From the IMG/VR virus record IMGVR_UViG_3300034102_002082, positions 65,857 through 129,856 of that record: a stretch of DNA of 64,000 nt; one strand, given 5' to 3'. The notes below the pieces were generated by a model, which was given only the letters and a program-made list of their open reading frames with translations, was not told the origin of the DNA and did no database searches. This DNA is from a virus. The position numbers were made by a program, and so were the translations under genes. This document shows positions 10,943 to 21,452 of this stretch, piece after piece (the stretch's first letter is position 1; each line of letters starts with the position of its first letter).

Positions 10943-11337
10943 ATACTAAGCTAATATTAAATTATAATGCACTAAATGGGAAATCACCGTTGAGTGTGCC
11001 TGATGAGATATATTCACCAATCGGAATTATTGTATACCCAACTAATGCGGATTACAAAAACGGAACGTTTACTAGATACTTTGTAAAGAAAGTAAACTCA
11101 CATGTTTGTTTGGAAACATCAAAATCGGAGACTAAAATAGTAGATAAGAAATATTACGTTAGTGTGGAAATATCTTGGAAATTGACTGGTCAATTGACTT
11201 CTACTACTTCACAATACGGAGAAAAAACAGTAGGGGTAGAAGAATATAACAACAAACAAATTGAGATTGGTAGCAGGGTTATACCAGAGATTGTTGATAT
11301 TTTGAAAAATAAATCTCAATTTTATCGAGGAACTTGA
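10939..11337 (+). CDS. conserved tail-module hypothetical protein
   Basis: PTNADYKNGTFTRYFVKKVN...ISWKLTG; overlaps previous stop. Confidence 0.5.
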   Translation: MNTKLILNYNALNGKSPLSVPDEIYSPIGIIVYPTNADYKNGTFTRYFVKKVNSHVCLETSKSETKIVDKKYYVSVEISWKLTGQLTSTTSQYGEKTVGVEEYNNKQIEIGSRVIPEIVDILKNKSQFYRGT

Positions 11338-11352
11338 TATATATACATATAT

Positions 11353-11940
11353 ATGGAACCACAGAAATTTTCACTATCGGTATTACAGGAAGATCCAGAT
11401 TTTGCTTTACTATTCAAAAAGAAAGTAGAAAATGTTAAAGAGGACAAGCGAGTATTATTAAATAACGCAAAGACCTACACCTCACAATTCCAGAGGGAGA
11501 TCGATGAAGGAACGGAGAAAAGGAAGCTATTGATAGAGAACGGAAGGAGTAGAGGAATGACTGAGGACGAGGTATTTAAGAGTTCTCAATTATTTATACC
11601 AAATAAAGATACACCAATTATGAATTTCTTGTATTTCATAACAAGAGAATTTGAAAGTGTAGATAAAGAATTAAAACTATTATCAGAACAGAAAGTTCAG
11701 CAAGATAAAGAATTTGGTGGATTTACCCATAATAAAGATGAGAATTATGGCGCGGAGAATACGCAGGATATGGTAACGTACATTTACGCCAACGTCACAT
11801 TGGATACCTTCAATAAACTAAAGAAATTGAAGGCATTGGCCAATAGTGACAATGAAGAAGAGGCTGACTTGGCTATGAAGAAATGCAGAGAATTATGTAA
11901 GAAGTACAACTTGGAATATTCCAAGTTGCCCGTTACTTAA
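11353..11940 (+). CDS. hypothetical protein with C-terminal DUF2786-like helix pair
   Basis: LKKLKALANSDNEEEADLAMKKCRELCKKYNL. Confidence 0.45.
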   Translation: MEPQKFSLSVLQEDPDFALLFKKKVENVKEDKRVLLNNAKTYTSQFQREIDEGTEKRKLLIENGRSRGMTEDEVFKSSQLFIPNKDTPIMNFLYFITREFESVDKELKLLSEQKVQQDKEFGGFTHNKDENYGAENTQDMVTYIYANVTLDTFNKLKKLKALANSDNEEEADLAMKKCRELCKKYNLEYSKLPVT

Positions 11941-12943
11941 TCTTTTCCAGTAGTTGTATTATAAGGGACATGAAATTTATTTCTTTGTCCGGTACCACTG
12001 AACTCTTATATTGCATTTCAGCTAAGATAAGAATACAATCTGCTGATTTTCCACCCGACCAATCATCGACACTATCAAATAGATATTTGTAGTGACCATC
12101 AAAGCTGGTTGTTGAGTTATCCGCTAATAGCTGTCTAATTTGTGTGAATGAATCCCCACTGTCGTTTTTCAGTAGCTCTGCTATTTTTAGGTGAGTATTT
12201 CCATCTAAAAGCTTTTCCTCGTCCAATATTAGCGTCTTGTCGGTCTTGGAGAATTGCTGCGCCGTTCCGATGATTTTTCTTATGTCTGGATAGTGAGCAT
12301 TAACTATCGTAACAATGTCTTTTAATTGGAAGGAAACACCCTCTGTGGTCAATATATTAGTGAGGTGTTTAGCTATGTGTGCTTTATTTGGTGGAATCAC
12401 CTGTTCTACCTGACATCTCGATATAATTGGATCATATATTTTCTCTAGGTAATTGCTGGTAAGGATGAATCTAGTATGGTTTGAATATATTTCCATCGTA
12501 GCTTTTAATGCTGCTTGAGCATTAGTAGTCATATGACTTGCTTCGTCTAAAATAATAACTTTCAAGTCATTAAAACCAGCAGAACAAGCAAATAATTTTA
12601 TTTTTTCTCTGATCACATCAACGCTATTTTCATCGGACGCATTGATATATAACAAATCACAATTTACTGAATTTGCTATCATCTTAGATATTGTAGTCTT
12701 TCCCGTTCCTGCTGGACCATACAATAAAATATGTGGAATATCACCAGAATCAATATGTTGTTTCATGCGAGACTTAAATTTCTCGTCACCTACATACTCA
12801 GAGATTCTACGAGGTCTATATCTTTCGACCCATAATGTATTCCGTAGATTCGACTCATACGCAGAATCGATCTGATCTTCGTTGCGCTTTGATGCAACTA
12901 TATGTTCTTGGTCAACTTCCTGTTCTTCTTCAAAAAATGACAT
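11933..12943 (-). CDS. clamp loader AAA+ subunit (T4 gp44 / RFC small)
   Basis: LWVERYRP, GPAGTGKTT, INASD, ILDEA, SRC; likely start MSFFEEE at 12943. Confidence 0.92.
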   Translation of the reverse strand: MSFFEEEQEVDQEHIVASKRNEDQIDSAYESNLRNTLWVERYRPRRISEYVGDEKFKSRMKQHIDSGDIPHILLYGPAGTGKTTISKMIANSVNCDLLYINASDENSVDVIREKIKLFACSAGFNDLKVIILDEASHMTTNAQAALKATMEIYSNHTRFILTSNYLEKIYDPIISRCQVEQVIPPNKAHIAKHLTNILTTEGVSFQLKDIVTIVNAHYPDIRKIIGTAQQFSKTDKTLILDEEKLLDGNTHLKIAELLKNDSGDSFTQIRQLLADNSTTSFDGHYKYLFDSVDDWSGGKSADCILILAEMQYKSSVVPDKEINFMSLIIQLLEKIK

Positions 12944-12947
12944 ATAT

Positions 12948-13709
12948 TTATCGATTTGATACAGGCACAAAGTAATAAACACACTTAAAGTCGTCAGTGA
13001 CGAATGAAATAGCAGCACCCTTTTCTGTTATTCTAAAATAGTTTACTGTTTTTTCGTCAACGAAATATGCTTTATTTACCGATAATACATCATTTAAGAA
13101 TTCCGCCGAGAACGTTACTTCTTTATCTAGTGTTTCTTTCCCTGCTTCTAGTATAGTATCTAATTTAATTTTATTTGAATTTGCGCTTGGTGAATATCCA
13201 ATGATAAATTTAACGCTATCATCTATCGAAACTAACGTAAAATACTTTTCATCGTTTAATGCGGTTTTCGCTTTATTCAGTGCCTTGCAGAACTCTTGGT
13301 TTATACTCATACCGAACTTAAAAGAAGTTATTTCCTTTACTACTGGTACTTTCGGGATAGCAGACAATTCTGCTGCCATACAATTTACTTCTACTTTACT
13401 GTCGGCCAGTCTTATCGCTATTACTTTACCGCTGACCTCATTCTTAACCAATGTCATATCTATTTCATCGTCGGTGAGTACTTTTAGTAAGTTATTAAGC
13501 TTACTTGTATCGTATACACCAACGTCAATTGTTTCTTCTGCCTGTATTCCGTTCATTTGTACTTCCGCCAATACTAACTTATCTCCGGATATTGCTTTGG
13601 TGGATATTGTCCCTAATTCTTTATTAAAAGAAAACTTAACGGATTCGTTTTCTTTTTTTAGGCTGTATCTACTGATAAATGCTTCTAATTTTGATTTTTT
13701 AATCTTCAT
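12948..13709 (-). CDS. sliding clamp (T4 gp45-like)
   Basis: About 250 aa beta-rich, GVYDTSKLNNLL; between polymerase and clamp loader. Confidence 0.7.
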   Translation of the reverse strand: MKIKKSKLEAFISRYSLKKENESVKFSFNKELGTISTKAISGDKLVLAEVQMNGIQAEETIDVGVYDTSKLNNLLKVLTDDEIDMTLVKNEVSGKVIAIRLADSKVEVNCMAAELSAIPKVPVVKEITSFKFGMSINQEFCKALNKAKTALNDEKYFTLVSIDDSVKFIIGYSPSANSNKIKLDTILEAGKETLDKEVTFSAEFLNDVLSVNKAYFVDEKTVNYFRITEKGAAISFVTDDFKCVYYFVPVSNR

Positions 13710-13750
13710 TTGTGTATGTTATTGATATCGTTGGTTTAGTCAAGTTATAA

Positions 13751-14152
13751 TTAAAGGTTTTGAATAGTTCCGGTCAAATGTATTGGTTGTTCTTTTATCC
13801 AATCTGTTATCGAATTTGAGTCTTTTGGTTTCCCTCCTCCATTTACATTAACGGCTATGGTTACATGCGGAAACGCATTATTTGTTGGTCCTTTATAACC
13901 ACTAACCTTTACAGCGAATGCCTTATCTGATTTTCCATAATGTGTTACCAATAAATTTACTGGAGTTCCGACCAAATCTTCTCTGACTAAACCAAATGGA
14001 TCAATTGTTTGGTGATGTGCGTATATCTTCCAATCAGAAGGAAATTTATCTTTGTAATTTTCGATCAATAAATTTTTACTTTTATCGTCGAGCAATACCG
14101 CAGAATATCTTGGTGATTGTCCAATTTCTTGTAATATTTTTTTAAGTTTCAT
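13751..14152 (-). CDS. 2H phosphoesterase (tRNA-ligase CPD-like)
   Basis: Two HxT motifs, HHQTI and PHVTIA; likely start MKLKKILQE at 14152. Confidence 0.75.
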   Translation of the reverse strand: MKLKKILQEIGQSPRYSAVLLDDKSKNLLIENYKDKFPSDWKIYAHHQTIDPFGLVREDLVGTPVNLLVTHYGKSDKAFAVKVSGYKGPTNNAFPHVTIAVNVNGGGKPKDSNSITDWIKEQPIHLTGTIQNL

Positions 14153-14153
14153 T

Positions 14154-16772
14154 TTATTCTTCGAAAGTAAAAAATTCCTCGGCATTTGCTAGGTTCTCAT
14201 TAAAAATTTCCCAATTAAGCGCAGAGTATAAGTTCTCTAATTTCTTAAACAACTCTTTATCGAATATCTGGTCTTTGTCAACATAATTAGCGATAAAATC
14301 TATCACCTCTACCGGATCAGTTCCATCAGACTTGAAACCTATTTGATCTAGACCATATGGATTGTCCTTTAGATATACCCATTTCATTTTTGCGCCCTCA
14401 TAAATTGGCTCAACAATATCTCCTAGACCTATGGATTTCAACATATCATTATATGCTAATGTAGCTTTCCCGTTCGCAATTGTTCCTTTTATAAATTTAA
14501 ATGGTTCTCTACCTTCTACGTCATATATAAATAATGGATTTTTCTTTGATCTGTATGTCGCTGGTGCGTTCTTTGCTATTTCTACTACCTGTAGTTTACT
14601 CATATTCTTCTTGAAATCTATGATAGTGTTATCGATATCTTTCTTTGGTTTATATGTTAACATCCCAACTATTATATTTTCCATCAACTCTTTAAATTTA
14701 ATAGGGAAGGATGTTCTGACTATATCTATTCCCTTCGCATCTAATTTGTAATCTAGGTCTTTCTGCTTTTCCATATCATATACCTTATGCATTACGTACT
14801 TTTTCTTAGCTAACCATATCGCACAACTAGCTATGACATCCTCCGCAATTTTTATTCTATGTGATTTGGTATTGAAGAACTTTGGCATCATTACATTGTA
14901 AAATGAGTTTATCGATGATGCGAACATTGCGCAGGTTTTTATCGTATGTGCTTTTGCTGCTACGTGATCTTTTGGGTCGATACCTTCATGCACCATTAAT
15001 GCATAAGCACTTATATAATTACTATCCGTGTCAACATATGTAACATAATCAACGCCAGTCGTATTTACTTTCTTGTTATAAATCGTGTTTACGAAGTTAG
15101 CAGTTGTTTTAATTATGTTCTGACCAGAAATAGTTACAGCCTCTGCGTTTATAAGATTGGAAAATCTCCAAGAATTCAAACCCAAAACTCCGTACAAGCT
15201 ATTGAGTAGAATTTTTTGTACCATCTGTCTAAGATTGTAAAATTGTTCGACTTCTTTATTTTTCTCATCCGATGCTTTTTTCCCTAGTTTTTTGAATTCT
15301 ACACGTTCAGCATACCATTTAACCAATATAGTTTTTAGTAGTCCATCTACATTCAATGTATATAATGCGCCATTAGAAGCAATCGCTAAGTTATTATCTT
15401 CTACGTAGGAATTAAATTCATCAATTTTCATATCGATAGATTCTTGATTATTGAATATATCTACATGTACATTTTGTATATTTCCTTTTGCGTATGCATC
15501 TGTGCTCCACTTACCAACTTGACCAATCAATGTCTCTGGTGAAATATTGAGACTCATAATTGTTGATGGGTATAGAGAATTAATATCGCAACTAAATATC
15601 CAATCATATCTTCCAGGTATTGGTTGTTTTACGTAAGCACCCTCGAAGCCCTTCTCATCATCTTCAGCGTCATCTTCCTCTGGTTCTTCACCCTCGTCAT
15701 ACTCCTTGATATAGGTCGATAATATACTATGTTCTTCCTTCGGTTTATTCGGTGCGACTAAATTATTTTTTCTTAGATACGTTAACAACGCACCTTCCAA
15801 TAATCTAGATGATACCTCGAAATCTTCGTACGCAACATGACCGACATGAGCAAGAGCCATTGCTAATTCGATGAATCTGTTTACTCTATCAATACCTACT
15901 ACAAGGAATACGTCATTGATATTATACTCCACGAATTTTTTAATATCTTTTCGTAGCAAATCACCTAAACTCCCCTCATACTTTAACTTTCTAAGTTTTA
16001 GTTCTTCGTATGCGACGGTATCTAATCGATAATTCGGCAGTCTTTTTATACCAACTGTAAATTTCTTGTATAATACTAAATAATCCAATAGGCTGATACC
16101 AGCGACTGTTATTTTGCCCGTCTTGTCGTCTCTCCTTACGATACCGATTGGTGATAGTTTGTATGCATATGAATCACCTAGAACCTTCTTGATTCTATTG
16201 AACATATACGGTATATCGAATCCGTTGGTATTCCACCCACTGATAATAGTCGGATTTAGTATCTTGTATCTATTTAGGAAGTCGATGAGCAATTCATTCT
16301 CCGTTTTAAACGTAAGAACAATATTATCATCCTCTTCATAACCAGAAACTTCTCCTGATATATCCAGCACCATACATATATACTTCTTGATCGTATAATC
16401 ATATAATGCTATAGCCGTTATCGGTTGTTGAGCGATATCAATCTTTGGGAATCCACCAGCTGTCTCCGTTTCTATATCTAGATATAGAACTCTATGGTTT
16501 TTTGATATTTCGTCAGAATCACCATAACAATCGATCAATACTCTGGTTGCTATTGGTACGTCAGTCTCAAAGTAACCATCGGAACCATAACCAAATCCAC
16601 TAGTTACCCTATCTAGTTTGTCACCAAACATAGATGTATACTTACCATTAGGATTCTTTTTGTATGCGTAAGGTTTGTAATCTGACACAATTAACCCAGC
16701 AACGTCATCCCACAAATAAACTTTACTCTGTCTGGTTATCTTGTTAGTATTTACGTAGATATTTTGATACAT
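14154..16772 (-). CDS. family B DNA polymerase (T4 gp43-like)
   Basis: Exo DIET, GWNTNGFDIPY, YNIND; Pol DINSLYPS, KILLNSLYG, YVDTDS, KKKY. Confidence 0.96.
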   Translation of the reverse strand: MYQNIYVNTNKITRQSKVYLWDDVAGLIVSDYKPYAYKKNPNGKYTSMFGDKLDRVTSGFGYGSDGYFETDVPIATRVLIDCYGDSDEISKNHRVLYLDIETETAGGFPKIDIAQQPITAIALYDYTIKKYICMVLDISGEVSGYEEDDNIVLTFKTENELLIDFLNRYKILNPTIISGWNTNGFDIPYMFNRIKKVLGDSYAYKLSPIGIVRRDDKTGKITVAGISLLDYLVLYKKFTVGIKRLPNYRLDTVAYEELKLRKLKYEGSLGDLLRKDIKKFVEYNINDVFLVVGIDRVNRFIELAMALAHVGHVAYEDFEVSSRLLEGALLTYLRKNNLVAPNKPKEEHSILSTYIKEYDEGEEPEEDDAEDDEKGFEGAYVKQPIPGRYDWIFSCDINSLYPSTIMSLNISPETLIGQVGKWSTDAYAKGNIQNVHVDIFNNQESIDMKIDEFNSYVEDNNLAIASNGALYTLNVDGLLKTILVKWYAERVEFKKLGKKASDEKNKEVEQFYNLRQMVQKILLNSLYGVLGLNSWRFSNLINAEAVTISGQNIIKTTANFVNTIYNKKVNTTGVDYVTYVDTDSNYISAYALMVHEGIDPKDHVAAKAHTIKTCAMFASSINSFYNVMMPKFFNTKSHRIKIAEDVIASCAIWLAKKKYVMHKVYDMEKQKDLDYKLDAKGIDIVRTSFPIKFKELMENIIVGMLTYKPKKDIDNTIIDFKKNMSKLQVVEIAKNAPATYRSKKNPLFIYDVEGREPFKFIKGTIANGKATLAYNDMLKSIGLGDIVEPIYEGAKMKWVYLKDNPYGLDQIGFKSDGTDPVEVIDFIANYVDKDQIFDKELFKKLENLYSALNWEIFNENLANAEEFFTFEE

Positions 16773-16775
16773 GTT

Positions 16776-16937
16776 TTATAGAGACGAACTGATTACTTCT
16801 TCGTATGTGTAAATAGGAAATATTCCAAAAAAATACAAAGTTGTTATTTTTAACGTTAAAGTGTACGAATTTCCAGTAGTTCTACTTTTAGATAGATACC
16901 CAAATTTTCGCGCATATATTATTTTTTTGTAGAGCAT
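16776..16937 (-). CDS. small hypothetical protein (53 aa)
   Basis: Manual translation MLYKKIIYARKFGY...YFFGIFPIYTYEEVISSSL; fills the gap between genes. Confidence 0.5.
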   Translation of the reverse strand: MLYKKIIYARKFGYLSKSRTTGNSYTLTLKITTLYFFGIFPIYTYEEVISSSL

Positions 16938-16938
16938 A

Positions 16939-17358
16939 TTAATCCGAGAAGGTGAATTCTATCTGTCTATCTTCTTGCGTATATCCGTTTCTATTTATCG
17001 GCGATAAACGATTTATTGAAAATATCTTAGACATGATGATATCGGCTAACATGTTTGAATCTACGTGTGATATCTTTTGCTTGGAACCATCGGATATAGC
17101 CATAGCTATATTTGCTTGGAATACATCAGCGTAACTATCATCGCCTTTTAATCTATTTACCAATTCGTCGTATGGATTATATCCATTAGAATCTATCACT
17201 CCAACTTCACCATCAAAAATGTATCCACATCCACGTAAAAATTCACCAAAATTACTAATTACATCATCCAACACTTCTGCCGAAAATGTTTTCGTTGTTT
17301 CTGTTCCATAACCATCACATGTAAATTTATATTTTGTCATATTATCAATATAGTTCAT
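16939..17358 (-). CDS. hypothetical protein
   Basis: ORF track; FSAEVLDDVISNFGEFLRGCGYIFDG resembles a common phage small domain. Confidence 0.55.
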   Translation of the reverse strand: MNYIDNMTKYKFTCDGYGTETTKTFSAEVLDDVISNFGEFLRGCGYIFDGEVGVIDSNGYNPYDELVNRLKGDDSYADVFQANIAMAISDGSKQKISHVDSNMLADIIMSKIFSINRLSPINRNGYTQEDRQIEFTFSD

Positions 17359-17375
17359 TAATCACTTTAGTCAAT

Positions 17376-17410
17376 AAAAAAGACGGATACTTATCTCGTA
17401 TCCGTCTTTT
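17376..17410. terminator. intrinsic terminator (bidirectional)
   Basis: AAAAAAGACGGATAC-TTATCTC-GTATCCGTCTTTT. Confidence 0.85.
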
Positions 17411-17417
17411 GTGTATA

Positions 17418-17666
17418 TTACTTTTCTAACAATACCGCTCCGCGCTTCTTGACTTCTTCTTTTGTATTTTGGTCAACTGGACATTTACAAAATATGATCT
17501 TTGGTCTACCGAGTTCTTTCTGTGTTTTGCCTACTTGCGTAATAACCCCACGAGAAATAGCTTGGTTGATTTTATATCTCAGTGTAATATTAACCACATC
17601 TGGGTTCAATTGCTGTAGCTCATCGATTGTGAATAATGTTGGAAATTTTACTGATATGTTTTTCAT
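17418..17666 (-). CDS. small winged-helix-like DNA-binding protein
   Basis: ITLRYKINQAISRGVITQVGK...LGRPKIIF. Confidence 0.5.
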   Translation of the reverse strand: MKNISVKFPTLFTIDELQQLNPDVVNITLRYKINQAISRGVITQVGKTQKELGRPKIIFCKCPVDQNTKEEVKKRGAVLLEK

Positions 17667-17668
17667 AT

Positions 17669-18742
17669 TTATAGCTTGTTGTTTTCGTATCCGTTTCTGT
17701 ATCCGCGCATGTATCGTTTAGAGTCCGAGAATCGGGGAGAGTAACCATCGCCTAACTTCTTGTCATGTTGACCATCATCTCTACCGATAAAATAGTCGTC
17801 ATCGGTAAATGTTAGGTCTTCTGGTGTATAGTCTGCTTGGTTTGATTCCTCACAACTGCACCCACAAGAACTATCGCAGCACTCATACTCATCCTCACAG
17901 TCTAGATTATCGGAGTCATTCTCATAATCGAAATCTGTCTCTAGATCCGGTTTCATCTCCGTTGCATTAGCTGTATACACAACACCATCGAGAATCTTCT
18001 GTAGATCCTTGATTTCTCCTATAACTTCATACTTACAAACTCGCAGCTTAGTACAACCGTGGTCTTCTGGGACACATACAGCATCCGCTGGGTTTACCTT
18101 TACAATCATTAATCGATTGTGACCCTCTCGGATTTCTCCTTCACCGAAATGTCCATATTGCTTGACGTAAGAAATTGCTCCTACATGAAGACCAGAAGAA
18201 CAGTGGCGAGCTTTATCTTCGTCAACAGAATTTCTTGGTACTTCTGGCTTACTTCCAATTGAATTATCGAAAGTTCCGGAATAAATATCCTTATAGTTGT
18301 TTTTAACTGCTTTATATGCCAAGAAACAACCATCTTCTGTGATTGGCATAGACTTATGTTCCAAGAACTTATAAAGCTCTTGTACTGCTCGATATGAAGG
18401 ATTATTTTGTATGTGCGCAATAAAGTTTAATAGATGTTTAAATTCAAATCCTTCCTTCATTAGCGACATGATTCTAACGGTAATAGCATTGTCAAGAACT
18501 TTTCCTTTATACATGACTACACCATCAACTAATTCAACATCGGAATAAGCCGATAGGTATTTCTTAACATTTGCGGTGATATCTAGCAACTTTGGAACAA
18601 TTTCCCAGTTCCCATTCTTGATAGCTTCCTTAATCTTTGTGAAATTTTGGTGGCTTGAATTGATTGGTGGATATAAAGTTCCGTTGTAATAAACGGAAAT
18701 GCTATTTTCTGTGATTGACGCTGTTGGTTTATTTTGGATCAT
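17669..18742 (-). CDS. rIIB: RIIB-like protein
   Basis: NPSYRAVQELYKFL, ITEDGCFLAYKAV, CSSGLHVG, VKVNPADAVCVP, KLRVCKY. Confidence 0.85.
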   Translation of the reverse strand: MIQNKPTASITENSISVYYNGTLYPPINSSHQNFTKIKEAIKNGNWEIVPKLLDITANVKKYLSAYSDVELVDGVVMYKGKVLDNAITVRIMSLMKEGFEFKHLLNFIAHIQNNPSYRAVQELYKFLEHKSMPITEDGCFLAYKAVKNNYKDIYSGTFDNSIGSKPEVPRNSVDEDKARHCSSGLHVGAISYVKQYGHFGEGEIREGHNRLMIVKVNPADAVCVPEDHGCTKLRVCKYEVIGEIKDLQKILDGVVYTANATEMKPDLETDFDYENDSDNLDCEDEYECCDSSCGCSCEESNQADYTPEDLTFTDDDYFIGRDDGQHDKKLGDGYSPRFSDSKRYMRGYRNGYENNKL

Positions 18743-18792
18743 AATTTGATTTAGTTATAATATATACTGTTTATGTTGATTGTCAAGTTAAT

Positions 18793-20961
18793 TTACGCTA
18801 CGCTCTTGACGAAAGATTTTATTATTTTCTTGTATCTTGGTTCCGTAACTGTGTCTCTGATATGCCAATATGCATTATCTGGTGTCATCAATATTTCAAA
18901 TATTGGATACTCTTGGATAATTTTCTGAGCAGCATCCGATACGCATTCGTAGGTAGACTTCTTCTCGTCTAATTTTATCATGTGTCTAAACCGTGACGGA
19001 ATTTTTGTTAGTTTATTTGTATTTTTTTCTCTAATGTCTAATGAGTTTTTGTAATTAATAAAAAACGATTTTAGTTTACCCTCATTAAAATCAGAAGCAT
19101 CAACAACCTTCATGGTAGCAACGAGAATAGGATTAATCTTTTCGTGGTCTTCTTCTATTTTTGTGTGATCTACAAACTTCAAATCGTTTATTTTCTTCTG
19201 CATCAATTTGTAAAAAGAATCAAAGAAGTCGTGCCAATTGGCTGGTATCTTTTTCATATTTTTAGATGGAGTCAATGCATATAGCTTTAGATCGTCACCA
19301 GTGATTGATTTGTACTCAGTGAAATAGTCAGATAAATTATGGATTCCCATCGACTCATTCTTATGTACAATCTCATTAAATGTCATGTTTACATAAAAAT
19401 ACTCTCCGTTATTTATATCTACATCTTCCGTAGAAGTAAAAATACGATTGCTACTATTTATATTCAGTTTCTTCAAGTTCCTGATGTTTTTAGGTCTTGA
19501 TACTCTAGGAGCAATATTTTTTACCTTTACTACTTTTGGTGGGAGAGATAAACTAGAAACCAACGTGAACATGGATATATCCAATCCTAGCTGTGAGAAT
19601 AGGAATTTCCTATAATCATCATCTACGTTACGGAAAACGAATACGTTCTTTTGTATCTGTGCGGCAGCTAGATGGTGTTTTAATTTTTTATTCGCTATTT
19701 CTGCGCACGGTTCATCGTTTATGAATAGTTCTGTATTTTTCGAATAAAAGAATATTTGCGCAAACCCAGAATGGATCTTTTTAATTAGTCTTCCTCTTAC
19801 CGATACTTCTTCCATATAATTCAGATATTTATCGGCGTGTTCGTATCTATTGTATGTCTGATTATTTTTAATGAAAAATCTTTTTATGATTGGTTCAATC
19901 TCTTCGTTACACGAAGTAATCTTTTTTCCATCATATTCAAAACCTACAGCTTTTAGGATAGATTGTAGCTGCCAGTTATAAACACCATCCTTGAATATTT
20001 CGGTATACTGCAATCTTGCAGCGTAATAACTAGTCGCAGTTTCTATCTGTGCCTTTGCTATTACCGATAGCTCCTTTTTTACCAATTGTAGCTTTTCTTT
20101 GATCTTTTTATTTGTTTCTTGATCGTATTGGATTTCTTCTCTGGAAACGGTTGGCTGTAATTCACCAATATTAAAAGTGATTTCGATTCCGGTGTTAATT
20201 AGATCATGCAATTCAGAATCATAAGACAGACCTGATTTATATGAGTCTAGTGGATATCCGATATTTCCCATTACCAGAAATGATTTATTTGAATCCTTGC
20301 GCATCTTCCAGTCACTACCAGTAAATAGATATTCAAAGTTAGTTAGTAAAAAGTTATTGCACCCGATTACTTTTGGTTTATTTACGAAACGGGAATATAC
20401 GTTCTTTGCCGTGTCAACAAATCGACCGATGTCTCCCGATTTTACCGGAAAGGATACCTGCACACCGTTCTTTTCGTCTGTTTGATCTTCGGCAAACTTA
20501 GCCAAGCGTGGCTCACCATCCTCAAGAAACGCCGTATAAATGTATTTAACGCCATCAAAATATGAAATTACGGTGAACGTATCACTATAACAGAATGGTG
20601 TCTTAGAACCCAAACCAAACGCACCTGTGAAGCTATTTGAGTTGGTTCTAGTAGATTCAAAGTAATTGCAATAAACTTTATATACTGACTCTTCGGACAT
20701 TCCGGTACCAAAATCCCGAATATAGAAGAATGGTTCAAGTTCATTTGGTAGGTGAACGATGAATGGTTCGGTAGTCCCAGCTTCTGTGTGGGAGTCTGCT
20801 GCGTTTGTCGCCAATTCACGAATCGGCGCGGCGATTGGGTCTGGATAGATAGTGCTGGATAGCAACTTAAAAGCCTTTGCTGATGCTTTAATTCCGAATT
20901 TCCGCTCTTCGGCGATTGCGATTCTGTCTATCGGTTTGCTGGTAGGTTCTGCGATAATCAT
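18793..20961 (-). CDS. rIIA: RIIA-like protein (GHKL ATPase N-terminus)
   Basis: IRELATNAADSH, IRDFGTGMS, GAFGLGSKTPF; adjacent to rIIB. Confidence 0.85.
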   Translation of the reverse strand: MIIAEPTSKPIDRIAIAEERKFGIKASAKAFKLLSSTIYPDPIAAPIRELATNAADSHTEAGTTEPFIVHLPNELEPFFYIRDFGTGMSEESVYKVYCNYFESTRTNSNSFTGAFGLGSKTPFCYSDTFTVISYFDGVKYIYTAFLEDGEPRLAKFAEDQTDEKNGVQVSFPVKSGDIGRFVDTAKNVYSRFVNKPKVIGCNNFLLTNFEYLFTGSDWKMRKDSNKSFLVMGNIGYPLDSYKSGLSYDSELHDLINTGIEITFNIGELQPTVSREEIQYDQETNKKIKEKLQLVKKELSVIAKAQIETATSYYAARLQYTEIFKDGVYNWQLQSILKAVGFEYDGKKITSCNEEIEPIIKRFFIKNNQTYNRYEHADKYLNYMEEVSVRGRLIKKIHSGFAQIFFYSKNTELFINDEPCAEIANKKLKHHLAAAQIQKNVFVFRNVDDDYRKFLFSQLGLDISMFTLVSSLSLPPKVVKVKNIAPRVSRPKNIRNLKKLNINSSNRIFTSTEDVDINNGEYFYVNMTFNEIVHKNESMGIHNLSDYFTEYKSITGDDLKLYALTPSKNMKKIPANWHDFFDSFYKLMQKKINDLKFVDHTKIEEDHEKINPILVATMKVVDASDFNEGKLKSFFINYKNSLDIREKNTNKLTKIPSRFRHMIKLDEKKSTYECVSDAAQKIIQEYPIFEILMTPDNAYWHIRDTVTEPRYKKIIKSFVKSVA

Positions 20962-21032
20962 GTGTTATGTTTGGTTTGAGTTGTTAAACTTCCACTAACC
21001 ATGCACGAACTATAATATATGTCAAGCGTTTT

Positions 21033-21452
21033 TTACCACGCACCAATTTCTCTTAGCGTTTCTTCAAATAAAAACCAATCGGTAGAACCATCCCAGCCAG
21101 CCTTGTCATCCAAAACTAAATTGAAATAAAATTTACCATTAAAGTCACACAATTCGGTATTTGGACACTCTGGATTCTCGTTAATGTAATTAAACTTTAC
21201 ATCTTGTGCTTCCATAATAGTTAGTATATCGCGTATTGGTCCAATGTGAGATGATGTCCATAAAATTAGACATATATCAGACCTATTTGACAAATCCCTG
21301 AGAACTTCAATCGAATTAGGAAAGAAATTTGCCCCATCATTATTTAAATTGTACTTTCCTTCAATGATGGTGTCGTGTAAATCTATAGCGATATAGATTT
21401 TACTCCACCCCCTCTTAATTTTATCCGCAAAAACTTTTTTAACGTGTTTCAT
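21033..21452 (-). CDS. HAD-superfamily phosphatase-like protein
   Basis: IAIDLHDTII, LILWTS, YINENP, LDDKAG. Confidence 0.7.
   Translation of the reverse strand: MKHVKKVFADKIKRGWSKIYIAIDLHDTIIEGKYNLNNDGANFFPNSIEVLRDLSNRSDICLILWTSSHIGPIRDILTIMEAQDVKFNYINENPECPNTELCDFNGKFYFNLVLDDKAGWDGSTDWFLFEETLREIGAW

Noticed and set aside
15650-15745. Acidic insertion in the polymerase as a possible intein remnant
   Set aside because: It is a short low-complexity D/E loop at a variable position before the GAYV motif, with no splicing residues.
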